DNA from: Candidatus Daviesbacteria bacterium
GTDB taxonomy: Bacteria > Patescibacteriota > Microgenomatia > Daviesbacterales > UBA10151
Reading direction: 5' to 3'
DNA length: 64,000 nucleotides
NCBI GenBank assembly: GCA_016184225.1
Contig: JACPDA010000004.1
Span: forward strand, 538,763 to 602,762
The notes beneath the pieces are model-generated. The model saw only the letters and a program-made list of their open reading frames with translations, did not search any database and had not been told where the DNA came from. Each line of letters opens with the position of its first letter. Positions within the stretch are counted from its first letter, which is position 1. Positions 18,825 to 28,992 of the stretch are shown in pieces. The position numbers and the translations under genes were made by a program.

Positions 18825-19139
18825 GTGGATGAAAACAAATTTAAGGCTATAATTGAAGAAGCTATAAATAAAGCCATTGAACCTGTTAAAGAACAACTCA
18901 ATGGAGTAGTAACTAGGTTGGATGATCCGGACACGGGGTTAAAAAGAATTAATGATAGATTAGATGCCAATACCAGAGCCGTCATGGAACTTGAAACAAC
19001 AGTCAAAGGATATGGGGATATGTACAAAATAAATGATTCTAATCTTAGAAAGATGGAAAAGAGGGTGGAGACTTTGGAAGATAAAGCCGGTGTAGTTGTA
19101 CCGGAGGAATTTCATCTTGCAGCAGCGGCAGATATCTAA
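18825..19139 (+). CDS. Small coiled-coil protein (paralog of 8660..8947) lying between the duplicated obg tails
   Basis: 104-aa protein. Its C-terminal half is homologous to the 95-aa ORF next to tRNA-Thr. Confidence 0.45.
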   Translation: MDENKFKAIIEEAINKAIEPVKEQLNGVVTRLDDPDTGLKRINDRLDANTRAVMELETTVKGYGDMYKINDSNLRKMEKRVETLEDKAGVVVPEEFHLAAAADI

Positions 19140-19210
19140 GAAAAAAGTAATCCCCGTTTCAATCCATGATTGGGATACTTTAAAAGAACTGGAAAGGTCC
19201 CTGAAGTGAT
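19139..19210. repeat. obg 3'-end segment, copy 2 (free-standing, encodes an alternative intact C-terminus)
   Basis: Read in the obg frame it gives KKKVIPVSIHDWDTLKELERSLK*. Confidence 0.7.
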
Positions 19211-19263
19211 AAACTGCTCTCTATTAACAGAGCTTGATGAATCAAGTATAATCGGATCATATT

Positions 19264-19557
19264 ATGAATCTTACTTTGGATCAAGTTAAACATGTAGCAA
19301 AACTTGCTAATTTGCCGCTGACTCCGGAAGAGGAAGAGAAGTATTCGGAACAACTTTCCAAGGTTTTGGATTATATAGAACAATTGAACTCAGTTGATAT
19401 AACTAATGTCGAACCGACTTTTAATGTCACCGGGCAAGTTAATGTCATGCGGGAAGATACGACTGCAGGATGTTTTACCCAGGAAGAAGCCTTGTCAAAT
19501 GCTCCTAAAAAGAAAGATGGCATGTTTGAAACAAAAGGAGTGTTTGAGGATGAATGA
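19264..19557 (+). CDS. gatC: Glu/Asp-tRNA amidotransferase subunit C
   Basis: 97-aa protein: [23 protein letters not shown]...DITNVEPT. Confidence 0.85.
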   Translation: MNLTLDQVKHVAKLANLPLTPEEEEKYSEQLSKVLDYIEQLNSVDITNVEPTFNVTGQVNVMREDTTAGCFTQEEALSNAPKKKDGMFETKGVFEDE

Positions 19558-20989
19558 TATAACAACTTTAACTTTAACAGAGACAATTGAGGCTATAAAA
19601 CAAAAAAAATTCTCGGAAGAAGAGTTAAATAAAGCCTACTTAAAAAAAATAGCAATAATTAACCCGAAAATAAATTCTTTTTTAAAAATTCAAAAAAACT
19701 CCCGCGGTATTCCTGCGGCAATTAAAGATGCCATTTTAACCAAAGGAATAAAAACAACAGCGGGGTCAAAAATATTGAGTAATTTTGTCCCTCCTTATAA
19801 TGCCACGGTTATTGATAAATTATTAGAACAAAATATAAGTGTTATTGGTAAGACAAATTGTGACGAGTTTGCCATGGGGGGCTCAGGAGAAAATTCAGCA
19901 TTTAGACCAACCAAAAACCCTTGGGATCTAAATAAAGTTACAGGAGGTTCTTCCAGTGGTTCGGCTGCTGCAATTGCAGCAGATTTATCCGTATTTTCTC
20001 TTGGGTCAGATACCGGTGGATCTATCCGCCAGCCTGCATCTCTTTGCGGGGTAGTGGGTTTAAAGCCGACATATGGCCGGGTATCCAGGTATGGGCTGAT
20101 TCCTATGGCATCATCCTTGGATCAAATTGGACCGATTACCAAATCAGTTGAGGATGCGGCATTGGTGTTGGATTGGATTTCAGGGGCAGACAGCCTGGAT
20201 GCTAATTGCAAGGACGCAAAGTTTAGCTTTACACCTTCGAGGTGGGAGCCTAAACTTAATGGATTAAAAGTGGGGATACCTAAAGAATATTTCGGAGAAG
20301 GTCTGGATCCAAAAGTAAAGGCAGTTATAGAAGAAGCTATAAAAAAACTGGAAGAATTAGAGGCTGAGATAGTAGAAATTAGCTTGCCACACAGCCAGTA
20401 TGCACTGGCAGCTTACTATATTATTGTTCCTTCAGAAGTTTCATCCAATATGGGGAGGTTCGACGGAATAAGATTTGGTCTGGGAAGAGAGAACTTGGGC
20501 CAGGAAGTAAAAAGAAGGATTATGTTGGGGACTTTTGCCCTTTCTTCCGGTTATTATGATGACTATTATGCAAAAGCTGCTAAAGTTCGGACTTTGGTAA
20601 AACAGGATTTTGAAAAGGCTTTTGATCCGCTAGCTGGCGGAGTTGATGTGATAGTTGGCCCGGTCTCCCCCACCACAGCGTGGAATTTGGGAGAAAAAAT
20701 AGACGATCCGCTAAAGATGTATTTATCTGATATTTATACAATTTCTGCAAATTTAGCCGGAATTCCGGGAATATCTCTGCCTTGTGGGTTTTCTCCTTCG
20801 ACAAGCTCAGGACAAGCGAGGCTTCCGGTGGGCCTGCAAATTTTGGGGAAACAGTGGGATGAAGAAACGATTCTAAGAGTAGGTTTTGCATATGAACAGG
20901 CCACAAAATGGCATTTGCAAGAACCAGAATTAGTGTCTAGAGTCGAGAGTCAAGAGTCTAGGCAGAAAGGCAATAAGACTGGTTTCTAG
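19550..20989 (+). CDS. gatA: Glu/Asp-tRNA amidotransferase subunit A (amidase)
   Basis: Amidase signature [13 protein letters not shown]. Start set at MNDITTL, which overlaps the gatC stop. Contains a REP copy at 20221..20255 in frame. The 3' end runs into a GAGTC-repeat element. Confidence 0.85.
   Translation: MNDITTLTLTETIEAIKQKKFSEEELNKAYLKKIAIINPKINSFLKIQKNSRGIPAAIKDAILTKGIKTTAGSKILSNFVPPYNATVIDKLLEQNISVIGKTNCDEFAMGGSGENSAFRPTKNPWDLNKVTGGSSSGSAAAIAADLSVFSLGSDTGGSIRQPASLCGVVGLKPTYGRVSRYGLIPMASSLDQIGPITKSVEDAALVLDWISGADSLDANCKDAKFSFTPSRWEPKLNGLKVGIPKEYFGEGLDPKVKAVIEEAIKKLEELEAEIVEISLPHSQYALAAYYIIVPSEVSSNMGRFDGIRFGLGRENLGQEVKRRIMLGTFALSSGYYDDYYAKAAKVRTLVKQDFEKAFDPLAGGVDVIVGPVSPTTAWNLGEKIDDPLKMYLSDIYTISANLAGIPGISLPCGFSPSTSSGQARLPVGLQILGKQWDEETILRVGFAYEQATKWHLQEPELVSRVESQESRQKGNKTGF
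20221..20255. repeat. REP element lying inside the gatA coding sequence, in frame
   Basis: gtttagctttaCACCTTCGAGGTGggagcctaaac, which encodes [13 protein letters not shown]. Confidence 0.7.
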
Positions 20990-21014
20990 ATTCTAGACTC
21001 TAGCGACTAGTCAC
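20935..21014. repeat. GAGTC/CTAG-rich repeat element spanning the gatA 3' end and the gatA-gatB spacer (about 80-nt imperfect palindrome)
   Basis: gtctagagtcgagagtcaagagtctagg...ttctagattctagactctagcgactagtcac. Confidence 0.7.
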
Positions 21015-21021
21015 TTATTTT

Positions 21022-22347
21022 ATGAATTACGAACCCGTTATAGGTTTAGAAGTTCATGTAGAGCTTAATACCAAATCCAAAATGTTCTGCAGGTGCTCTG
21101 CTGATTATTTTGGCAAGGAGCCGAATACCCACACCTGCCCGGTTTGTTTAGGTTTACCCGGCGCTTTGCCTTATATCAATAAAGCGGCAATTGAAGATTG
21201 TATAAAAATCGGTCTGGCCTTAAATTGCACGGTCAGTGAGCGATCTTCATTTGAAAGGAAAAATTACTTTTATCCTGATCTGCCTAAAGGCTACCAAATT
21301 TCCCAATACAGATGGCCGCTTTGTGTAGGAGGTAGGTTACAGGTGACAGGTGACAGGGGACAGGATGTCACAATCAGAATCAATAGGGCCCATCAAGAGG
21401 AGGATACCGGAAAATTAACTCACTCGGAAGGGGTAACCCTAATCGATTTTAACAGAAGCGGAGTACCACTGGTAGAGATTGTTACCGAGCCTGATTTTAC
21501 AGACACTGCTCAGGTCAGGGATTATGCCAAAAAACTGCAGCAGCTGTTTAGATATTTAGGGGTATCCAATGCTGATATGGAGCGGGGCGACATGAGACTG
21601 GAAGCCAATGTGTCTGTTAGGCCGGTTGGCCAGAAAGAACTGCCAAATTACAGAGTGGAATTAAAAAATATTAACAGTTTTAGGTTCATGGTAGCAGCAA
21701 TTGAGCATGAAATTAAACGGCAAATTGCCGCACTGGAGAAAGGTGAAAAGCTTTCTCAGGAAACCAGGGGTTGGAATGAGGACAAAAAGTCTACATTCCT
21801 GCAAAGAAGCAAAGAAGAGGCCCATGATTACCGCTATTTCCCCGAACCGGATTTACCGGAGCTGAAAGTGGACAGGTTACAGGTTACAGTGGACAGTATT
21901 AAAAAGAGTATGCCGGAGTTGCCGTGGGATAAGAGTAAGAGGTTTGTGGAAGAGTTGAAATTAACGGAAGCGCAAGCAAAGATGCTTTCCGAAACAAAAG
22001 AATTGGCTAACTTTTTTGAAGAGGCAGTAAAAGCAGGAAACCAGCAGGAAGTAAATGCTATTACTGTCGCAAATTACATTATTAACCAGAAAGTAGACAT
22101 TAAAACCGTTAAGCCTTCAGAGGTGATAGAAAAAATAAAGAGCAAAAGTGCAGGGTTAATTAGTGATGCAAGGGAATTGGAAAAGTTAGCCCAGGAGGCA
22201 ATAGAGGAAAATCCCCAGATGGTAGAAGCGTATAAAAAAGGCAAGGTGACAGTGATTCAAGCCATGATAGGTTCAGTTATGAAAAAGACCGGCGGTAAGG
22301 TTAACCCTAATAAAATCAGAGAAATTCTGGAAGAAAAACTGCGTTAA
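21022..22347 (+). CDS. gatB: Glu/Asp-tRNA amidotransferase subunit B
   Basis: N-terminal MNYEPVIGLEVHVELNTKSKMFC and a C-terminal GatB/YqeY domain. Confidence 0.85.
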   Translation: MNYEPVIGLEVHVELNTKSKMFCRCSADYFGKEPNTHTCPVCLGLPGALPYINKAAIEDCIKIGLALNCTVSERSSFERKNYFYPDLPKGYQISQYRWPLCVGGRLQVTGDRGQDVTIRINRAHQEEDTGKLTHSEGVTLIDFNRSGVPLVEIVTEPDFTDTAQVRDYAKKLQQLFRYLGVSNADMERGDMRLEANVSVRPVGQKELPNYRVELKNINSFRFMVAAIEHEIKRQIAALEKGEKLSQETRGWNEDKKSTFLQRSKEEAHDYRYFPEPDLPELKVDRLQVTVDSIKKSMPELPWDKSKRFVEELKLTEAQAKMLSETKELANFFEEAVKAGNQQEVNAITVANYIINQKVDIKTVKPSEVIEKIKSKSAGLISDARELEKLAQEAIEENPQMVEAYKKGKVTVIQAMIGSVMKKTGGKVNPNKIREILEEKLR

Positions 22348-22453
22348 TATAGATTGCCACTTGAAATAGGAACCCTTGGTGCTGGTAAAATACGGAAGCT
22401 TTCAGTCGTCTTCCCCTTCGGGGGTCCACAGTCGTCAGATAATTACAAAAAAT

Positions 22454-22480
22454 CTGATAGCTGATAGCTGATAGCTGATG
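22454..22480. repeat. Tandem heptamer (CTGATAG x3.5) abutting the dnaE start codon
   Basis: ctgatagctgatagctgatagctgATG. Confidence 0.6.
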
Positions 22481-25400
22481 ACTACTATGGCTAGATTTGT
22501 TCATCTTCATGGTCACACACAATATTCCCTCTTAGACGGGTTATCAAAAATTAACCAATTGGTAAAAGATACAGAAGCACTCGGTATGGATGCGCTGGCT
22601 ATAACAGACCACGGGGTGATGTATGGGGCAATTGAGTTTTACAAAGCTTGTATGGAGACCGGTGTAAAACCGATTGTTGGGGTAGAGATGTATGTCGCCA
22701 AAAGGTCATACAAGGATAAAGAGGGAAAAGTTGACAGCGAACCATTTCATTTGACTGTTTTGGCAAAAAATTACCAAGGCTACCTGAATTTAATGAAGCT
22801 GGTAACCCTGGCGCACACTGAAGGATACTATTACAGACCCCGGGTGGATAAAACTTTACTTAAGGAGTTCCATGAAGGGCTAATTGCCCTTTCCGGTTGC
22901 CCTTCAGGCGAGTTTATCAGGGCTTTAATGAAGGATGAAAAAAAGGGAGAGGAGGTTTTGAAAACATATCTGGAGATTTTTGGAGAAGGTAATTTTTACC
23001 TGGAAGTCCAAAAGCACCCGTATCAGGAATCTCTGGACTTATCTTCCGATGAAATGGTAAAAAAAGACCTGGAAGAGCTTTTAGACATCCAAGAAAAAAC
23101 ACTAAATTGCACCAAAGTTCTCTCTCAAAAAATAGGCATACCGGTTGTGGCAACCAATGACTACCACTATGTTAAAAAAGAAGATGCGGAAGCACAGGAT
23201 GCACTTTTGTGTATTCAAACAGGCAAGTTTTTGTCAGAAACCCAAAGGCTTAGGATGATCGATACTCCTGATTATTTCCTAAAATCCCCGGAGGAGATGG
23301 CGGAAAGCTTTAGGGACCTGCCGGAAGCTTTAGAAAACACTGTGAAGATTGCCGAAAGGATAGATTTGGAAATCCCACTTGGCGTAGCCCGTTTCCCTGT
23401 TTTTGAAACACCCGGTAGCAAATCTTCGATGGATTTTTTAAGGGAGTTAACGTACCAAAAAGCTGCCGAGAAATTTAAAATGACGGTTAAAATTAAGGAG
23501 CGTTTGGAATATGAGCTCGGGGTGATAGAGAAGAAAAAATATGCCGATTATTTTTTGGTAGTGGCGGATTTTATGGAATGGGCCCACCAGCGGGGAATTA
23601 TAACTAATACCCGGGGTTCTGCTGCAGCATCAATGGTTTTGTACTCTCTGGGGGTAACTAATCTAAACCCGCTTGATTACCTTTTGCCCTTCGAGCGGTT
23701 TTTAACAATATACAGGCCAACATTGCCTGATATTGATGTGGATATTGCAGACGACAGGAGGGATGAGGTGATTGAATATGTAACAAAAAGGTATGGGGAA
23801 GAAAGAGTAGCCCAAATTGTAACTTTTGGAACAATGATGGGCAGGGCTGCCATCCGGGATGTAGGCAGGGTTTTAGGATTATCTTACGGGGAAGTGGACA
23901 GGATTGCCAAATTAGTTCCTCCCCCTCATCAGGGATTTCATAAGCCGCTGTCCGGGACAATAAAAGAAGTGCCGGAACTCTCTGATCTTTATAGGAGTAA
24001 CCCTCAAATAAAAAAGCTGTTGGATTTGGCGGTTAGAATTGAAGGAACAGCCCGTCATGCCTCTGTCCATGCTGCGGGATTAGTGATTGCTCCGGAAGAG
24101 ATAACTAATTTTACCCCTCTTCAAAAAGAGTCCAAGGGGGATAAATTGGTTTCCCAGTACGACATGTTTTCTCTGGTTGATGAATACGGCGGAATTGGTT
24201 TGGTAAAGATGGATCTTTTGGGGATCAGGAATTTATCTATTTTAGGTAAGGCAGTTGAGTTTGTTAAAGAAAACCGGGGCATTAGCGTTGATTTAAATAA
24301 AATCCCGCTTGATCATAAAAAGGCCTTTGAGCTTTTGGCAAAGGGTGAAACAATGGGGATATTTCAACTTGAGGGATCGGGTATGACAAGATATGTGACA
24401 GAACTGCAGCCGACTAATATTTTAGATATTCAGGCTATGGTGGCCTTATACCGGCCCGGCCCCATGAGCGTAATCCCCGAATATATTGCCCGAAAACACG
24501 ACCCCCGCAAGATTAAATTTTTTGACCCCCGGATGAAAGAATATATGGAACAATCATTAGGTCTTTTAGTTTATCAGGAGGATGTGCTTTTGACTGCCAT
24601 AAATATAGCCGGATATTCCTTCGAAGAGGCAGATAAATTTAGGAAGGCCATGGGAAAGAAAATTCCCTCTGAAATGGCCAGGCAGAAGGGAAAGTTTATT
24701 GAAGGATGTATAAGCAATGGGATGAGAAGAGCAAAGGCAGAGGAGTTGTTTGCCATTATTGCTCCTTTTGCGGCGTATGGCTTTAACAAAGCGCATGCTG
24801 CCAGTTATGCCATGGTTTCCTACCAGACAGCGTATATGAAAGCCAGCTTTCCGGTGGAGTTTATGGCTGCCGTGATGACAGCTGAGTCCGGGGACAGCGA
24901 TAAGATTGCGGCTGCCATCGAAGAGTGTAAAAGATTGGGGATAGTGGTTTTGCCTCCGGATGTTAATAAATCCGGGGTTGGTTTCTCGCTGGAGAAGCTT
25001 AAGGAGCTGACTCAGGCAGATTTGGAACGCAGCCTGTCTGTAGGAGAAAGCGAGGTTAAGCAAGGTATTAGGTTCGGGTTATCTGCTATTAAAAATGTGG
25101 GAATTTCTGCCATTGAGTCTATTATTGAAGCCAGAAAAAAAAGTGAGTTTATTTCTTTACCTGATTTGTGCTCCCGGGTTGATAATAGATTGGTTAACAG
25201 GAAGACTTTGGAAAGTTTAATCAAAGCCGGGGCGCTGGATCACCTGGGTACCCGGGCCGCCCAACTTTTAATCCTGGATCAGTGTTTGGAAGAGTCCCAT
25301 AAACAGAATAAAAATAAGCTGTCCGGGCAGGTATCTTTATTTGGCAGCGAAGATGACTTAGGGGATGTAGCTATAAAACTGCCTGATGTTTCAGAATTAC

Positions 25401-26032
25401 CTTTAGAACAGCTGTTGGTTTTTGAAAAGGATTTACTGGGATTTTACTTGCATGAACCACCCTATCTGGCTTCTTTGCAACAGTTAACAAAATTTGTTTC
25501 AAATAAGCTGTCTGATTTAGGGGATGAGCATATAGGCAAGACTTTAAAATTAGGCGGTGTGATAGTTTCCGTTAAGAAGGTGATTACCAAAAAGAGTGCA
25601 AAAGAGATGGCCTTTATTAAAATCTCCGACGGTGTCTCTTCTGTCGAAGTGGTGGTATTCCCCAAAACTTATGAAGAATGTAAAAACTTCCTGACTTCGG
25701 ATCAGGTGGTTTTTATCTTTGGGCGGGTGGAGAAACGGGAAGAAGAGTTGTCTTTGATTGTGGAAAAAATCAGTTTATTTGACCCCGATTCAATCGGGGT
25801 TGATCCTAAAAATGTGGAAATTACCATTCCTTTAGGAACAGATGTAACAGTACTGCAAAATATAAACAGAACTTTACGGGGATTTCCCGGTAAGGTGCCA
25901 GTGGCATTGCTTTTGCATGGCAGTAATGGCAGTGTCAGAAGAATGGATTTACCGTTTTCCATAGACCCTGATCTTTCTTTGGAAGAAAAGATTAAAGGGA
26001 TTTTAGGCGAAGGTGCTTTCAAACTGGTCTAA
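22478..26032 (+). CDS. dnaE: DNA polymerase III alpha subunit
   Basis: PHP domain ([13 protein letters not shown]), polymerase core and OB fold. Contains a ccccgatt-family hairpin in frame at 25781..25800 (DPDSIGVD). Confidence 0.9.
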   Translation: MTTMARFVHLHGHTQYSLLDGLSKINQLVKDTEALGMDALAITDHGVMYGAIEFYKACMETGVKPIVGVEMYVAKRSYKDKEGKVDSEPFHLTVLAKNYQGYLNLMKLVTLAHTEGYYYRPRVDKTLLKEFHEGLIALSGCPSGEFIRALMKDEKKGEEVLKTYLEIFGEGNFYLEVQKHPYQESLDLSSDEMVKKDLEELLDIQEKTLNCTKVLSQKIGIPVVATNDYHYVKKEDAEAQDALLCIQTGKFLSETQRLRMIDTPDYFLKSPEEMAESFRDLPEALENTVKIAERIDLEIPLGVARFPVFETPGSKSSMDFLRELTYQKAAEKFKMTVKIKERLEYELGVIEKKKYADYFLVVADFMEWAHQRGIITNTRGSAAASMVLYSLGVTNLNPLDYLLPFERFLTIYRPTLPDIDVDIADDRRDEVIEYVTKRYGEERVAQIVTFGTMMGRAAIRDVGRVLGLSYGEVDRIAKLVPPPHQGFHKPLSGTIKEVPELSDLYRSNPQIKKLLDLAVRIEGTARHASVHAAGLVIAPEEITNFTPLQKESKGDKLVSQYDMFSLVDEYGGIGLVKMDLLGIRNLSILGKAVEFVKENRGISVDLNKIPLDHKKAFELLAKGETMGIFQLEGSGMTRYVTELQPTNILDIQAMVALYRPGPMSVIPEYIARKHDPRKIKFFDPRMKEYMEQSLGLLVYQEDVLLTAINIAGYSFEEADKFRKAMGKKIPSEMARQKGKFIEGCISNGMRRAKAEELFAIIAPFAAYGFNKAHAASYAMVSYQTAYMKASFPVEFMAAVMTAESGDSDKIAAAIEECKRLGIVVLPPDVNKSGVGFSLEKLKELTQADLERSLSVGESEVKQGIRFGLSAIKNVGISAIESIIEARKKSEFISLPDLCSRVDNRLVNRKTLESLIKAGALDHLGTRAAQLLILDQCLEESHKQNKNKLSGQVSLFGSEDDLGDVAIKLPDVSELPLEQLLVFEKDLLGFYLHEPPYLASLQQLTKFVSNKLSDLGDEHIGKTLKLGGVIVSVKKVITKKSAKEMAFIKISDGVSSVEVVVFPKTYEECKNFLTSDQVVFIFGRVEKREEELSLIVEKISLFDPDSIGVDPKNVEITIPLGTDVTVLQNINRTLRGFPGKVPVALLLHGSNGSVRRMDLPFSIDPDLSLEEKIKGILGEGAFKLV
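25781..25800. repeat. ccccgatt-family hairpin inside dnaE
   Basis: gaccccgattcaatcggggt. Identical to 34746..34765. A related ccccgattaaatcgggg sits in the tRNA-Lys fragment at 31578..31596. Confidence 0.65.
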
Positions 26033-26052
26033 ATTGTGTTAATATTTCATTC

Positions 26053-26367
26053 ATGATTTCGGCACAAATTGGTGAGCAAAATTTACATATCGGGGATACT
26101 GTTAGAGTCCACAGTAAGGTTGTGGAAGGAGAGAAGACCCGGGCCCAGGTTTTTGAGGGAATTTTAATCAGCCTGCGGGGTAGAGGTGAGAATAAGACTT
26201 TTACTGTCCGTAAAATCGGTGCAGGAGGGATTGGGGTGGAGAGAACCTGGCTTTTAAATTCTAATTCTATTATTAAAATTGAGGTCAAAAAAAAAGCCGG
26301 CAAAGTGAGAAGGGCCAAGCTTTATTATTTAAGGGATCTGACCGGTAAGAGCGCAGTAAGGGTTTAA
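26053..26367 (+). CDS. rplS: 50S ribosomal protein L19
   Basis: 104-aa protein with ...[14 protein letters not shown] near the C-terminus. Confidence 0.8.
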   Translation: MISAQIGEQNLHIGDTVRVHSKVVEGEKTRAQVFEGILISLRGRGENKTFTVRKIGAGGIGVERTWLLNSNSIIKIEVKKKAGKVRRAKLYYLRDLTGKSAVRV

Positions 26368-26376
26368 TAACTCAGG

Positions 26377-26736
26377 GTGACAAAAATACAAGCCGGAAAT
26401 TATGGCGAGAAAATCGCCTATAAGTATCTACAAAAGCTGGGCTATAAAATTCTGGAGAGGAATTACCGGATTCGGGGTGGGGAGATAGATATAGTGGCAA
26501 AAGATGGGGAGACGTTAGTTTTTGCGGAAGTAAAAACCAGATGGTCTCATGAATATGGCTTGCCTGCCGAATCCATGACCCCTTGGAAAATTAAGTATCT
26601 TCTAAAAACTGCTATGTTTTATGTCCAAAAAATCAACTGGGGTGATAGAGAATACAGGTTGGATTTTGTATCGGTAGATTTTGCAGACAGTAGAGAAAAT
26701 CCGAAAATAGAATTAGTTAAGAATATTACTTCTTAG
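26377..26736 (+). CDS. yraN: YraN family (UPF0102) endonuclease
   Basis: GEKIAYKYLQKLGYKILERNYR...GEIDIVAKDG...FAEVKTR. Confidence 0.75.
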   Translation: MTKIQAGNYGEKIAYKYLQKLGYKILERNYRIRGGEIDIVAKDGETLVFAEVKTRWSHEYGLPAESMTPWKIKYLLKTAMFYVQKINWGDREYRLDFVSVDFADSRENPKIELVKNITS

Positions 26737-27583
26737 GTTTAGTCACAGCAAAGGGGATTTCTTCCCAGTCTTTTACTTTCCTGATTTTTTTATTAATCGA
26801 CCAGGCTGCTTCCAAAAGCCTGGGATCTAATTTTAACTGCCTGGCCCGGCCAATCAGTGCTACTACATCTTTGGGGAAGCATTTCCCGCCAAAGCCCTTG
26901 GCTGTGGTGACATCTAAGTGTGAATCAAAAATCCGATGATCTGCCACCACCATGCTTTTAACTTCCTCATATTTGATACCTAAAGCCTGACATAGGACAA
27001 ACATTTCATTGGCAAAAATAACTTTGGTGGCTAAAAATGCATTAGCCATGTATTTGACCATCTCGGCTGTGGTGGTATCGGTTTGGAAAATTTTAGTATG
27101 GGGAAATCTTTGCCGGTACAGTGCTACCACTCTTCTGGAAGTCAAATCATTATTCGCCCCCACTATATTACGGTCTGCATTTAAGAAATCCTCCAAATAG
27201 TTTGCCTCTGTTAAAAATTCCGGATTAAAGGCAAAATTAGTCTTGGGGTATTTTTTTTCAAATTCCGCAGTTGTCCCCGGTACCACAGTGGATTTGATAA
27301 CGATAATCTTGTCGGTATTATCCGTATATTTGGTAATCTCTGTAATACTCTCTCCAATTATGGAAAGGTCAATTCCCGACTCATCCTCTTTCATGGGGGT
27401 AGGCAGGCAGATAAAGATGAATTCGCTGCCGGAAACTACTGATTCCAAGCTGTCAGTGTCTTTGTATTTATCATAGTAGCGGATTTCGTATTTATCTTTT
27501 ATTTCCGGCTGGGAAAATCCGTAAGCCACGGCCTGGCCGACTATGCCGTAACCGATGATGCCGAGTTTAGGTTGATTATTCAT
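26726..27583 (-). CDS. UDP-glucose/GDP-mannose dehydrogenase family protein (short form)
   Basis: Rossmann motif GIIGYGIVG and the catalytic GGKCFPKD motif. Start set at MNNQPKLGIIGYG. Lacks the usual C-terminal domain. Confidence 0.65.
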   Translation of the reverse strand: MNNQPKLGIIGYGIVGQAVAYGFSQPEIKDKYEIRYYDKYKDTDSLESVVSGSEFIFICLPTPMKEDESGIDLSIIGESITEITKYTDNTDKIIVIKSTVVPGTTAEFEKKYPKTNFAFNPEFLTEANYLEDFLNADRNIVGANNDLTSRRVVALYRQRFPHTKIFQTDTTTAEMVKYMANAFLATKVIFANEMFVLCQALGIKYEEVKSMVVADHRIFDSHLDVTTAKGFGGKCFPKDVVALIGRARQLKLDPRLLEAAWSINKKIRKVKDWEEIPFAVTKPKK

Positions 27584-27614
27584 GCAGAAAAAGTATAGCA
27601 TAAAAGAGTAAAGC

Positions 27615-28019
27615 ATGGGTATGATTAGAAAAATGGCTTTGGCAGTATTTAAAGACAGAAAACTCTTACAAGTTAGGACTAAGAAGGAAAAAGACGTTTT
27701 CTATACCTTGGGAGGGAAAATTGAAGAGGGAGAATCTGAGATAGAGTGTTTAAAAAGAGAAGTTAAAGAAGAAATAGGTTGCCAGATCGACGAGTCTTCG
27801 CTTAAGTTCCTGACTGAGTTTGAGGATGTAGCTCATGGCAAAGGGGGGCTACTGGTAAATATCAGGATGTACGAAGGCAAGCTGATCGGTGTGCCCAGGC
27901 CCTCTTCAGAGATAGTGGAAATTGGCTGGTTTGATACCGGATCAGATAAAAAGAACCTGTCGGTAATAGCCCTGCGGACAATTTTCCCCTGGTTAAAAAA
28001 GCATGGGTATATAAATTAG
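27615..28019 (+). CDS. Nudix hydrolase
   Basis: Nudix box GGKIEEGESEIECLKREVKEEIGC. Confidence 0.75.
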   Translation: MGMIRKMALAVFKDRKLLQVRTKKEKDVFYTLGGKIEEGESEIECLKREVKEEIGCQIDESSLKFLTEFEDVAHGKGGLLVNIRMYEGKLIGVPRPSSEIVEIGWFDTGSDKKNLSVIALRTIFPWLKKHGYIN

Positions 28020-28043
28020 TGGACTAGCTTGACACCTACCGTC

Positions 28044-28071
28044 CTTGAGTAAGTAGTTTGATTCCAGTATA
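28044..28071 (+). promoter_or_regulatory. Candidate sigma70-type promoter (TTGAGT-16-TATAAT) ahead of a structured leader and tRNA-Glu
   Basis: Hexamers read by eye from the sequence. No other support. Confidence 0.3.
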
Positions 28072-28202
28072 ATCTTTAAGTCTGGCGCCGAGTCAAATTC
28101 GGCTGGCAAGTTTAACTTGCCGCGATCGTTCCCGATGATCGTTGTCATCGAGGATCCTGATAGCGAAGCGTATCGGGGATTGAAAAGTTAATAATTAAAT
28201 CT

Positions 28203-28276
28203 GACGCCATCGTCTAGTGGCCTAGGACACAGGGTTTTCATCCCTGGAATCGCGGGTTCGACTCCCGCTGGCGTCA
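28203..28276 (+). tRNA. tRNA-Glu (anticodon TTC)
   Basis: GACGCCATCGTCTAGTGGCCTAGGACACAGGGTTTTCATCCCTGGAATCGCGGGTTCGACTCCCGCTGGCGTCA. Close to canonical tRNA-Glu architecture. Confidence 0.8.
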
Positions 28277-28344
28277 CAAGTAGTGGCCGCGGTACCAATC
28301 GACCTATAGTTGACTTAGCTCCGCTATTCCTCTATACTTTTGCT

Positions 28345-28992
28345 ATGGGAAGAACAAGTCCAGAAAATAAAGATCGGTCACCATTTAAAACTGAAGGCCC
28401 GGATTTAATCTTTGTTGATCCAGGTTTGAATTTACCTGAAGGAATGACAACAGCAGATATTAGAGATGCTCTAAATCAAGCTAGAGCTTTTGAGAGGCAA
28501 ACAATCAGCTATGATGTTTTTATCAGAGAAAAATTAGAGAGAAATGGATTACCTAAGGGAGGGGGTTCATGGGGTTCAAGCGGGTTTGGGTTTATAGAAT
28601 TATCAGTAGATTCAGTCAGAATGAAGGCTTCAGATCTCTCGATTCCACCAGGTTATACTCCTGCACCAGCTTCTCAGCAAATGTGGGCAGCAGCTTTTGA
28701 AGAAGCACTTCATGCTGCCAGACAGGTTGCCGGGAAAGATCATGGTGGTTATTTTACTCTTCCAGTAAATCCTACAGAAAAGGATTGGCAGAGATACTTA
28801 TCACAGAAACAGGAAGCTGTTGTGGATAAAGCATTAAATGGAGGAATGCTGGAGGCAAAGTTTGGTAGGGGTGTAATTTACTTGGGGAAAAGAGTTTTAT
28901 ACATAGTTCCTGTTTTAGATCATACAATTGAAAAAAATAAGAAATTTTATCCCTCCAGCAGAGATATTTTGTATAATTTACCTTGTGGTTGA
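28345..28992 (+). CDS. Hypothetical protein (locally elevated GC, just after tRNA-Glu)
   Basis: 215-aa ORF with no recognised motif. Confidence 0.3.
   Translation: MGRTSPENKDRSPFKTEGPDLIFVDPGLNLPEGMTTADIRDALNQARAFERQTISYDVFIREKLERNGLPKGGGSWGSSGFGFIELSVDSVRMKASDLSIPPGYTPAPASQQMWAAAFEEALHAARQVAGKDHGGYFTLPVNPTEKDWQRYLSQKQEAVVDKALNGGMLEAKFGRGVIYLGKRVLYIVPVLDHTIEKNKKFYPSSRDILYNLPCG

Noticed and set aside
21301-21900. Recurrent ggttacag/gtgacagg strings in gatB (also 51690 in uvrB) that look like tandem repeats and encode RLQVT-type peptides
   Set aside because: Alignment by eye with Thermus and B. subtilis GatB and with E. coli UvrB shows no length change at these positions. The strings encode ordinary conserved residues (for example GYRLQFLGD in UvrB). 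They most likely reflect codon usage rather than an inserted element.
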